From Fibrobacterales bacterium (GTDB taxonomy: Bacteria; Fibrobacterota; Fibrobacteria; Fibrobacterales; JAOPTW01): a DNA stretch of 64,000 nucleotides. The notes below the pieces were generated by a model, which saw only the letters and a program-made list of their open reading frames with translations, made no database searches and had not been told where the DNA came from. The position numbers were made by a program, and so were the translations under genes. Shown piece after piece: positions 1-8,114 of the stretch. The number at the start of each line of letters is the position of its first letter. Positions within the stretch are counted from its first letter, which is position 1. Location: the NCBI GenBank assembly GCA_051532035.1, contig JAOPTW010000014.1, positions 1-64,000 of the forward strand, given 5' to 3'.

Positions 1-139
1 CCGAATTTATTTTAAGGTAAAATTAATAAATTTGCCCTTCAATGGGACTAATTTTCAATAAAATATATAAAATTTAAACCCAATTGCTTACCCTACAAAT
101 TGGCATTATCTAACCAAATTACCCAAAAAGGGGGTCTGC

Positions 140-784
140 TTACCGAACAGAAATGCTTCCAATTATATCTTTTAATTCTTTTTCCGGAATGAATGTCCTA
201 TTTGCGCAGAGCATAGGACAGAGAAAAGTCCCATTTATCACGGCCGTTTCATCAATAGGCACCTGAACCGCCACAAATGCATCGGGATAACAGATAATTG
301 TCTTCACAAAATAATCGACACCAGTAACCTCATTAATCATAGATCTTAAGGCAAGAGCCTGCTCCCACACTCGACTGAGCTCGTGTTTGTCATTTTTTTC
401 ACCATCATATAAGAGATCCTGCCCATTGTTAGAAACCGCCCCTTTATGAGAACTCACACCAACAATGGATATACCATTAGGTGAAGCAATTAAAAAATCT
501 ATAGGGACCCCATTTACTTCACACTCCCTAAACAACATATAGCTATCGGGAAGAGATTTGAGGAGCGCATACACTACCTCTAAGGCTTCTGATCTATTTG
601 AATGCGTTTGAGACTGATGAACCTTAGTCTTTTCATTACGCACAAGACCAGTAGAAGGGGAACCGGTACCCTTCTTTAGGCTCCTTTTTTTTGCAGCGGC
701 ACGCTGAGTCTTGTTTTGCTGAATCATAAAGAGCACCACCACTAAAAGAGTGATGGTAAATGAGATAATCAGCACCAATACCAT
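140..784 (-). CDS. Membrane-anchored NERD (nuclease-related) domain protein, catalytic motif degenerate
   Basis: N-terminal hydrophobic helix followed by a basic stretch; LPDSYMLF...IDFLIASPNGISIV...HKG matches the NERD core. Start abuts the pfk stop (TAGATG). Confidence 0.7.
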   Translation of the reverse strand: MVLVLIISFTITLLVVVLFMIQQNKTQRAAAKKRSLKKGTGSPSTGLVRNEKTKVHQSQTHSNRSEALEVVYALLKSLPDSYMLFRECEVNGVPIDFLIASPNGISIVGVSSHKGAVSNNGQDLLYDGEKNDKHELSRVWEQALALRSMINEVTGVDYFVKTIICYPDAFVAVQVPIDETAVINGTFLCPMLCANRTFIPEKELKDIIGSISVR

Positions 785-2131
785 CTACTGGGCACCTTTG
801 GATGTTCCATAGAAATAATCATTCTGACGTGTTGCACCAAGTACCGCTCTCCAGAGAGAACCCACCTGATTCACCTTTTTACGATCCATAGTTGCCAAAT
901 GAATAGGCACATGAGTAAAGCTATCAGCCCAGTGCCCAATCACCATATTTGTTTTGCCCGCCATAGCAGCATGAACGGCATTTTTAGCAAGAAGAAAACA
1001 GAAAATTGCATCAGTCCCCTGAGCTGACACACTCCGTATTAAATAACTTGGATCAAAGTACTTAACCGAACACTCCACATTTATAGCTTTAAAGTGAGCG
1101 CGTACTTCATCCCGTATCAATTCACCAATATCTTGCTTGAGTACGTTACCCGACGCATCCTTCACTTCACTTTTATTTTCAAAGAGCTCTTGACCCGCAC
1201 CTTCGGCAACCACAATAACCACGTGAGTTTTACCCCGCTCAAAACGGCGTTCCAATGCTTTTAACAGTCCATTCTCACCCTTGAGAGTAAAATTCATCTC
1301 TGGCACTAAACAAAAATTTACGACAGAATTTGCAAGGCTCGCATAGGCAGCAATAAACCCAGAATCTCGCCCCATAAGTTTTATGAGCCCCACACCATTA
1401 AAGGCACCTTTAGCCTCCATATGCGCAGAGGTAACCACCTCATGAGTAGAGTACACTGCCGTTTCAAAACCAAAGGTACGATCAATAAAACTCAAATCAT
1501 TATCTATGGTTTTAGGAATTCCAATAACACTAATAGAAAGACTTCGACGAGTCACCTCTTGGGCGATATATTCTGCACCACGAAGCGTACCATCACCCCC
1601 AACACAAAAAAGCATATTGATATTCATTCGCTGAAGCGTATCAACCATCTGCTCAGTTGATTGACTCCCTCGCGATGAACCAAGTATGGTCCCACCCTCT
1701 TCATGAATGGTGTCAACAATATCCGGACTCAAATTAATAGGGGTATGACCATATGTAGGATTAAGGCCTTGATAACCATAAGGAATACCAATGATATTCT
1801 CAACACCATAGTCAAACCAGAGTACTTGAACCAACCCTTTAATAACATCATTGATCCCTGGGCACAGACCACCACAAGTAACAATTGCCGCTTTGGACCA
1901 TTTAGGGTTGTGAAATATCTTTTCACGAGGGCCCGCCTGCTCAAATCCCGGAAGCTCTTCACCTTGCTCAACCAATTGCTTGATATCTGCGACTGATGTC
2001 GCAAAAGAGACGCGCTCATCTGGTTCAATAAACTGTTGATGAGACAATGGGGAATCTATCCCTCTCTCTCCTAAGGTCTGAATAGTAAAATCAAATGAAC
2101 TCGGTTCCTGAATGACGCGAGAATAGTCCAT
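785..2131 (-). CDS. pfkA: ATP-dependent 6-phosphofructokinase (group X type)
   Basis: TCGGLCPG, GGTILGSSRG, GGDGTLRG (Gly at the ATP/PPi-determining site), GIPKTIDND, LMGRDSGFIA and DPSYLIRS motifs. Confidence 0.93.
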   Translation of the reverse strand: MDYSRVIQEPSSFDFTIQTLGERGIDSPLSHQQFIEPDERVSFATSVADIKQLVEQGEELPGFEQAGPREKIFHNPKWSKAAIVTCGGLCPGINDVIKGLVQVLWFDYGVENIIGIPYGYQGLNPTYGHTPINLSPDIVDTIHEEGGTILGSSRGSQSTEQMVDTLQRMNINMLFCVGGDGTLRGAEYIAQEVTRRSLSISVIGIPKTIDNDLSFIDRTFGFETAVYSTHEVVTSAHMEAKGAFNGVGLIKLMGRDSGFIAAYASLANSVVNFCLVPEMNFTLKGENGLLKALERRFERGKTHVVIVVAEGAGQELFENKSEVKDASGNVLKQDIGELIRDEVRAHFKAINVECSVKYFDPSYLIRSVSAQGTDAIFCFLLAKNAVHAAMAGKTNMVIGHWADSFTHVPIHLATMDRKKVNQVGSLWRAVLGATRQNDYFYGTSKGAQ

Positions 2132-2327
2132 AGTTGTTCCTAAATGAGGTAATCGGGTTTCAATACCCCTATAATAGCATTATTTCAGCCTTTTACCATG
2201 AAAGAGAGCCTTCTAGGGCACTTATTAACTCATAAAAACCCTACACAATGGTACAAAGTCATACAAAGTTCTACCAATGTATCAATGCTATTTGTTATAC
2301 TCTTTATAGTATTTAACTATAGAATGT

Positions 2328-3128
2328 ATGACTGTGTATTTCAAATTTTTCACAACACTCCTTACATTTACCTTATTGGGAAGCACTATTCACGCTCAGT
2401 CACCCACAATAGACACTCCCAAAGTCATTACTATTGCCATTGATGAATATCCACCCTTTACCTCACAGACCCTCACCGGCTATGGCATCGATTGTCAGAT
2501 TGTTTCTGAAGTCTTTAAACAAATAGGCGTAATCGTTGAGTATGAATTTCTCCCTTCTGCTCGTGCCCTCATGCTCACAAAACGTGGCCATAAAGATGCG
2601 ACAGTCCCCTGGGCGATGCGTCAAGAGCGCCTCAAGGATTACTATTATAGTGCCCCCATTCGAGAGGCTGACATTGAGTATTTCTTTTATATTAATAGCA
2701 ATTTTGTATGGAACCCAGCTCAACAAGATTACTCATTATTACATGGGAAAAATATAGGGGCGATGATTGGTTACAATTATGGAGTAAATTTTGAAAACGC
2801 TTCTCGCTCTAAAGCCATTGAAGTGGACCGCATTGCTAGCCTCAAACAAAATTTTAAAAAACTTCTCGCTGGCCATCTCGACCTCGTCATCTCCCAAAAA
2901 CGCATAGGAGATTACACGTTACAACAATTCTTCACCCCTGAACAACAAGAAAACATTCGTTCTATCCCTCAAAACAGCGATCCTGTTGAATATGACTATC
3001 TGCTCTTTTCAAAAGTAAAAGAGTACAATCGTCCACTCAGAGACAAATTTGATGCTCAATTAAAAATATTCATGAAAAGTGGTCACTATAAAATGCTTTT
3101 GAATGGAAAAATCAGCACAAAAAAATGA
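2328..3128 (+). CDS. Periplasmic solute-binding protein, family 3 (amino-acid type), with no adjacent permease
   Basis: Signal peptide; EYPPF, GIDCQIVSEVF, GKNIGAMIGYNYG and KLLAGHLDL patterns. Confidence 0.85.
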   Translation: MTVYFKFFTTLLTFTLLGSTIHAQSPTIDTPKVITIAIDEYPPFTSQTLTGYGIDCQIVSEVFKQIGVIVEYEFLPSARALMLTKRGHKDATVPWAMRQERLKDYYYSAPIREADIEYFFYINSNFVWNPAQQDYSLLHGKNIGAMIGYNYGVNFENASRSKAIEVDRIASLKQNFKKLLAGHLDLVISQKRIGDYTLQQFFTPEQQENIRSIPQNSDPVEYDYLLFSKVKEYNRPLRDKFDAQLKIFMKSGHYKMLLNGKISTKK

Positions 3129-3224
3129 TTACTTTTATTTACTAATCAAACTCTTATTATTGCCACACAGGTTCTAAATATTTATTACATATATTACTAG
3201 AGCAATCAATCGCGCGATATCCGT

Positions 3225-3887
3225 ATGAACAAAAGCAGCATTGCCTCTCTGGCACCTCTCAAAACGGGAACCTCTTTCGAATCAGAGACTCTCGCCTATT
3301 ACACCGACCACACCTTCGCTTACCAACTCAATCATATTGATGAGCTTCGCGACAAAGGTGCCTTTAATGACACTCTTCTCTTCTTAGGGTCAATCAAGCG
3401 CGATCAAGTACTAGCCTTGCGAGATATTGAAGAGAGTATCAACACTCAAGAAAAAAGTACCTACCCTGTTATTGAACAGTTTAGAGAAACCCCTCCCTAT
3501 AAGATTGGTCTCCGTGGTGCCGACAAAGCACTTGACCTTATCAAAGTTGTTGATGACACCGAGAGCAGCATGTTTGTTGATGACATTATACGCTATGAAT
3601 CTGATTACTCTATTGCCTTTGACGAGTACACCTTTTATCAGCGACGAATGAAAAGTAAAGTCTCTGATGAAGAGCTCGAAGATAGACACACAGAATGCAT
3701 GCAAATACTCCATGATCTTAAATCAGCAAAGCTCTCTCTTATTGAGCATATAGAAGCAGTTGTAACTCCTTACGCTATCGAGGATGCTATTCAATTTGCT
3801 TCGGTTGTACGATCACTCTACCGCATTTTAACCAGTAGTATGATACTCGTTCACGCTGACCAATTTAAAGAAACAGAGACCGCTTAA
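3225..3887 (+). CDS. Hypothetical cytoplasmic, predicted helical protein
   Basis: 220-aa ORF in the same orientation as its neighbours; no motif recognised. Confidence 0.65.
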   Translation: MNKSSIASLAPLKTGTSFESETLAYYTDHTFAYQLNHIDELRDKGAFNDTLLFLGSIKRDQVLALRDIEESINTQEKSTYPVIEQFRETPPYKIGLRGADKALDLIKVVDDTESSMFVDDIIRYESDYSIAFDEYTFYQRRMKSKVSDEELEDRHTECMQILHDLKSAKLSLIEHIEAVVTPYAIEDAIQFASVVRSLYRILTSSMILVHADQFKETETA

Positions 3888-3914
3888 GGGTTTTAGAAAT
3901 ACTATCTTTTATCT

Positions 3915-4394
3915 ATGATACTACCAGAATGCATAGATAACACAATAATCCCTTTTAGTGATTGGCCACAACGCCATCTCTTTACAGATGCCTTGATTCC
4001 ATCTCATCACCGAGACCTTATACAACCACTCTTAAAAAGCCACGGAGACTTTGTACTCAAAGAGCTTGCAACACAGGGATTACTCCAATCAACACCACTC
4101 AGTGAAATCTTTTCTCACTACAGTATGAAGTCGACACAAGATTCATCATCAAAATCAGTGGGTAAATGGTTATTCAAAAGAGGGATCCCCTTTAATTTAA
4201 CGGTACTTGTAATATGGGAAAGTGGAGAATGTGCCTTAGCCCCATGGAAAGTAGTAGCTCATTACCATACACTCTTTTTTACTCAAGAAGAGCGTATATA
4301 TTGTATTGCAGAGTCTATTGACTGGGGCACTATTAGGTATTCGCCCCCGATAATTGAGTGTGCTTATAATACTCGCTATTCATTGGACAAGTAG
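3915..4394 (+). CDS. Hypothetical protein (DUF2947-like)
   Basis: 159 aa; resemblance of F.DW..R..F....L.IP..H...I.PL and VLVIW.....L.PW patterns to DUF2947 is from recall only. Confidence 0.5.
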   Translation: MILPECIDNTIIPFSDWPQRHLFTDALIPSHHRDLIQPLLKSHGDFVLKELATQGLLQSTPLSEIFSHYSMKSTQDSSSKSVGKWLFKRGIPFNLTVLVIWESGECALAPWKVVAHYHTLFFTQEERIYCIAESIDWGTIRYSPPIIECAYNTRYSLDK

Positions 4395-4409
4395 TCATCC
4401 CTGAATGTT

Positions 4410-5159
4410 CTATTTTTGGTATAAAAAACGGTACGTAATATCCCTATGTAACGTATCAGGCACCGAATCGGTGTACTGAATAATATCCTTATACAACGTA
4501 TCAGGACCTGAGTCTTTGTACTGAACTTCTATGAGGGAATCCGATGTCTGAACAAAAAGACTGTCCTTTATTGTAAAAACAAACGTAGTACTGTTTTCAG
4601 TTTTCAATTTAACGTTACCATCGTAGGTGACGTTCTTCATATTCAACACATCTACCTTTAAGGAATCCTCTGTAAAGATAGTCAACGTATCACCCACTAC
4701 AGACTGACCATTCAGATTTGTACAAATATCAAGCGTAGAGTCAAGCTTACATGAATCATATACAGTAAACGATTCTACTTTTTGAACCAAGGAATCGAGA
4801 ATAAGGTGTAAGCTATCTAGGTTATACCCCTTCCCACAGATTTCATCTTTGTAATAGAGCGTTGAGTCTTCATAAAAAACAATATTCCCCCACGTACTCC
4901 CCTCTTTGATCATACAGGTAGAGTTCGATGGAGCACACCGCGTAACAGAGTGAACCTCACCATTAGAGAAAATATTGAGTGAATCCTCAGTACCCATATT
5001 CTCAATTGCACTTATACATCCCTCATTTCCAAGGGCTCTACTGAGTTCAACACATAAAGTGAGGTCATCCGACGTGTACTGACAAGCCCGATCGCTATCA
5101 TCATTACTCGAACAATGTACAAGGAGAAGTGCTAAGCATATAAGAAATATTGATTTCAC
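4410..5159 (-). CDS. Hypothetical lipoprotein
   Basis: GTG start; MKSIFLICLALLLVHC lipobox; Cys-rich N-terminal domain and beta-rich C-terminal half. Confidence 0.7.
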   Translation of the reverse strand: MKSIFLICLALLLVHCSSNDDSDRACQYTSDDLTLCVELSRALGNEGCISAIENMGTEDSLNIFSNGEVHSVTRCAPSNSTCMIKEGSTWGNIVFYEDSTLYYKDEICGKGYNLDSLHLILDSLVQKVESFTVYDSCKLDSTLDICTNLNGQSVVGDTLTIFTEDSLKVDVLNMKNVTYDGNVKLKTENSTTFVFTIKDSLFVQTSDSLIEVQYKDSGPDTLYKDIIQYTDSVPDTLHRDITYRFLYQK

Positions 5160-5231
5160 AGCGATAAACCTTTTTAGATACTACCGAACCATTTTCAAAT
5201 GGTTCAATGAAACATTTATGACGGGAAATAT

Positions 5232-5263
5232 AAAAAAACCGACCCCTATTGAGAGAATCGGTT
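5232..5263 (-). terminator. Probable intrinsic terminator of the GATase-like gene
   Basis: Minus strand AACCGATTCTCT-CAAT-AGGGGTCGGTT (G-U pairs) followed by a T run. Confidence 0.55.
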
Positions 5264-5308
5264 ACCTACTCGACCATTTTTATCAAAATGTTACCTATCG
5301 GTCGACAG

Positions 5309-6037
5309 CTAACTTGCCATGCGTTTTTCTTGAACCAAAGTCAAAAATGCCGGTATAAGCCCCAGTGCTTCAGGAGACTCTTTCACCTCACTGAGTAATT
5401 TCCCTACATCAAACCACTCATTAATCAGGTCTTTTCGTTGCTGTACAATGTACTCTTCTATTATTTCAGTAGTAAATTCGGGATGAAATTGTACTCCCCA
5501 GACTGATGCGGCATATCGAACCGCTTGATTGTTCTCAAAATGACTTGAGGCTAGTGAGACAGCATGAGGTGGTAAACGAGTTATGGATTGACGATGAGAA
5601 GTGTGCCCAGTAAAGCTACCACTAAAGCCACCAAAAAGGGGATCTTGTGCAGCATTCGTTTGATCAACCGCGATCTCTACGGTACCAACTTCAATGCCTT
5701 GTGTATGCTCTCCCACAGAACCCCCAAGGGCTCGCGCGATAAGTTGATGGCCCAGCCCAATACCCAAAATAGAAACCTCGAGTTCTACGGCCTGTGTGAT
5801 CCACTGTTCAAGCTCAAGATGCCATGGAAGATTGTCGGTGACTCTATTTTGTGAACCCGAGATAATTACACGATCACAAAACTCAGGGGCCGGTAATTTA
5901 TCACCCGCTTCGATATCAACAACAGTTACCTCAGCACAACTACCCAGTGCTCTCTGAATCCAGCAATCAAAATCGCCGAGGGTTCGTTGAGTCTTTAAAA
6001 ATGTTGATCCCGCTTTGATGATATAATTTTGACCCAT
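5309..6037 (-). CDS. Class I glutamine amidotransferase-like protein, nucleophile Cys replaced by Gly
   Basis: IISGS, LGIGLGHQLIARALGG (canonical GICxGHQ) and GVQFHPEF motifs. Confidence 0.85.
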   Translation of the reverse strand: MGQNYIIKAGSTFLKTQRTLGDFDCWIQRALGSCAEVTVVDIEAGDKLPAPEFCDRVIISGSQNRVTDNLPWHLELEQWITQAVELEVSILGIGLGHQLIARALGGSVGEHTQGIEVGTVEIAVDQTNAAQDPLFGGFSGSFTGHTSHRQSITRLPPHAVSLASSHFENNQAVRYAASVWGVQFHPEFTTEIIEEYIVQQRKDLINEWFDVGKLLSEVKESPEALGLIPAFLTLVQEKRMAS

Positions 6038-6273
6038 CGAATTATCCCTATTAGTGAACCGCCACTCTACTCAAAGTATTCTAATTGTAAATTTCTGTAA
6101 ACCCGTCTCTGTAATTATTACAATTTAACGATCAAAACGGAACAGTATCTAGCTTGCTTACCTATAGTAACCATGTTACTATTGCCCTCTCTTTTCTATC
6201 TTTTTAAGTAACGACACACAGTATGGTTTACACACCCCTATATCGCTTATACTCGTAAACCAAAGGAGTTTCC

Positions 6274-8064
6274 ATGCATACACTGCTACGCTTAACGTGT
6301 ACCCTTATATTATTTTTATGTATTGGCTGTCTTGACTTAAGACTAGAAGACAAGCCTTCAATCGCTCGGCCAATTTCATCTGATTCAAACGTCTCGGACG
6401 ATGTTCAGAGTAACAACTCATCCGTAGAGAGTTCTAATATTGAAACAAGCTCTGATGATGAGAGTAGTAACTCAGTGAATGACCCTGAGCCGAGCAGTTC
6501 AGACAATGAAACTGCTTTACCAACATCCCCCGAAAAAAGTGAAGCAGAATGCTCTGATGGCATTGATAATGACCAAGATGCATTGGTGGACTGTTTTGAC
6601 CCCCATTGCCAAGGTCTGTTCCTATGCTTTGAACGTGGAGCTGCACTCTGTGGTAATGGAAGTGATGATGACTCTGATGGGCTTGTTGATTGTGATGAGC
6701 CTGCCTGTATGGAACAACCAGAGTGTGAAGCTGAAATGAATCTGGAGATATCATCCAATGAACCGAACTCTAATTCCGATAATATTTCATCTGATGAAAC
6801 ACGTAACCTCATAGGCGAAAATAAAATGAGCTTCTGTCACGATGGAATAGACAACGACCGGGATGGATATTTTGACTGTGAAGACCCAGAATGTAAGGTC
6901 TTTGATTTTTGTTCTGAATCAACATTAGCAACTTGTACTGATGGTCGTGATAATGACCTTGATGGCGCTAGTGATTGTGAAGACCCTGAATGTCAAATAT
7001 TTGAATTGTGTGGTGTATTCTCACCAGGCAACCGCATAGGCGAAAATAAAATGAGTTTCTGTCAAGATGGTGTAGACAACGATCGGGATGGATCTTTTGA
7101 CTGTGAAGACTCAGAATGTCAGGTCTTTGAATTGTGTGGAGAAAACAGCCTATATACTTGCACTGATGGTATTGATAATGACCTTGATGGCGCTAGTGAT
7201 TGTGAAGACCCTGAATGTTGGGTTGTCCCCGGTGCCAATTGTGGTGAATTATCACAGGCCATGTGTGATGATGATATTGATAATGATGATGATGGACTGA
7301 TAGACTGTGATGATAATGACTGTCAGATATTTGATGATATATGCCCTTTTAAGGGGCCTAATAGTGGTGGTGATGGTACTGGAGGTGGTGATGGCAATAG
7401 TGGTGGAGCTGGAGCTGGTGTACATGCAATGTGTGATGGAGAAACACTCGTCCTAAACCGCTTTGAAAAATTTACTATGACCATTTATGACCATGATCAA
7501 AATTCTGATTTTGGCGCAGCAATGGGGGCTGACATGCTCAGACAAGGAATGGTTACCAATAAGCTCAGTAGTGAAAAGCGGCCTGTATTTAAGGAGAATC
7601 TGCACACCAATAAAAACATCGGTCAGTGGTGGTCTGAAGAGATGGCTGTTTCGGTAACTGAAGTTGAACTACCTTTTGCTAAAGTGGGAGAGGCAACGTA
7701 TACTTTTAGGGATTTAGACTTCTTCCCTTTGGATGACATGAGTGCGAAAGAGGGGGATTCAGGCCTTAACTACTACTTTGCTGGTCACCTCCAGTGGCGG
7801 TTTGATTATGACGGACAAAGAGGGCAATTTTTTAGTATCTCTACAAGTGATGATGGATTTGTCTACATCAATGGAAATCTTATCTTAGATATTGGTGGAG
7901 TTCACACTCCCATTGAAGACAACTTTACTCTAGATACAGAACTTGATAAACTCGGTATCCACGAAGGAGAAACCATTACCATTGACTTTTTTATTGCAGA
8001 GCGTCAAAAGTCTGGGTCTCAAGCAATCATTGAAATCACTATGCCTTGTATCGTTAAGAATTAG
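6274..8064 (+). CDS. Lipoprotein with 7 Cys/Asp-rich CxDGxDNDxDGxxDCxDxxC repeats and a C-terminal fibro-slime (PA14-like) domain
   Basis: LCIGC lipobox, Ser-rich linker, repeats; DFFPLD, NYYF, SDDGFVYING, LDIGGVH and DFFIAER fibro-slime motifs. Confidence 0.85.
   Translation: MHTLLRLTCTLILFLCIGCLDLRLEDKPSIARPISSDSNVSDDVQSNNSSVESSNIETSSDDESSNSVNDPEPSSSDNETALPTSPEKSEAECSDGIDNDQDALVDCFDPHCQGLFLCFERGAALCGNGSDDDSDGLVDCDEPACMEQPECEAEMNLEISSNEPNSNSDNISSDETRNLIGENKMSFCHDGIDNDRDGYFDCEDPECKVFDFCSESTLATCTDGRDNDLDGASDCEDPECQIFELCGVFSPGNRIGENKMSFCQDGVDNDRDGSFDCEDSECQVFELCGENSLYTCTDGIDNDLDGASDCEDPECWVVPGANCGELSQAMCDDDIDNDDDGLIDCDDNDCQIFDDICPFKGPNSGGDGTGGGDGNSGGAGAGVHAMCDGETLVLNRFEKFTMTIYDHDQNSDFGAAMGADMLRQGMVTNKLSSEKRPVFKENLHTNKNIGQWWSEEMAVSVTEVELPFAKVGEATYTFRDLDFFPLDDMSAKEGDSGLNYYFAGHLQWRFDYDGQRGQFFSISTSDDGFVYINGNLILDIGGVHTPIEDNFTLDTELDKLGIHEGETITIDFFIAERQKSGSQAIIEITMPCIVKN
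6810..7218 (+). repeat. Intragenic tandem duplication (about 225-bp period) of a two-repeat unit
   Basis: cataggcgaaaataaaatgag... occurs at about 6810 and 7035; gataatgaccttgatggcgctagtgattgtgaagaccctgaatgt is identical at about 6949 and 7174. Confidence 0.85.
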
Positions 8065-8114
8065 CACAGAATATTTACCACTATTTTTACACATTCTAAA
8101 CAAAAGGAAATGTT

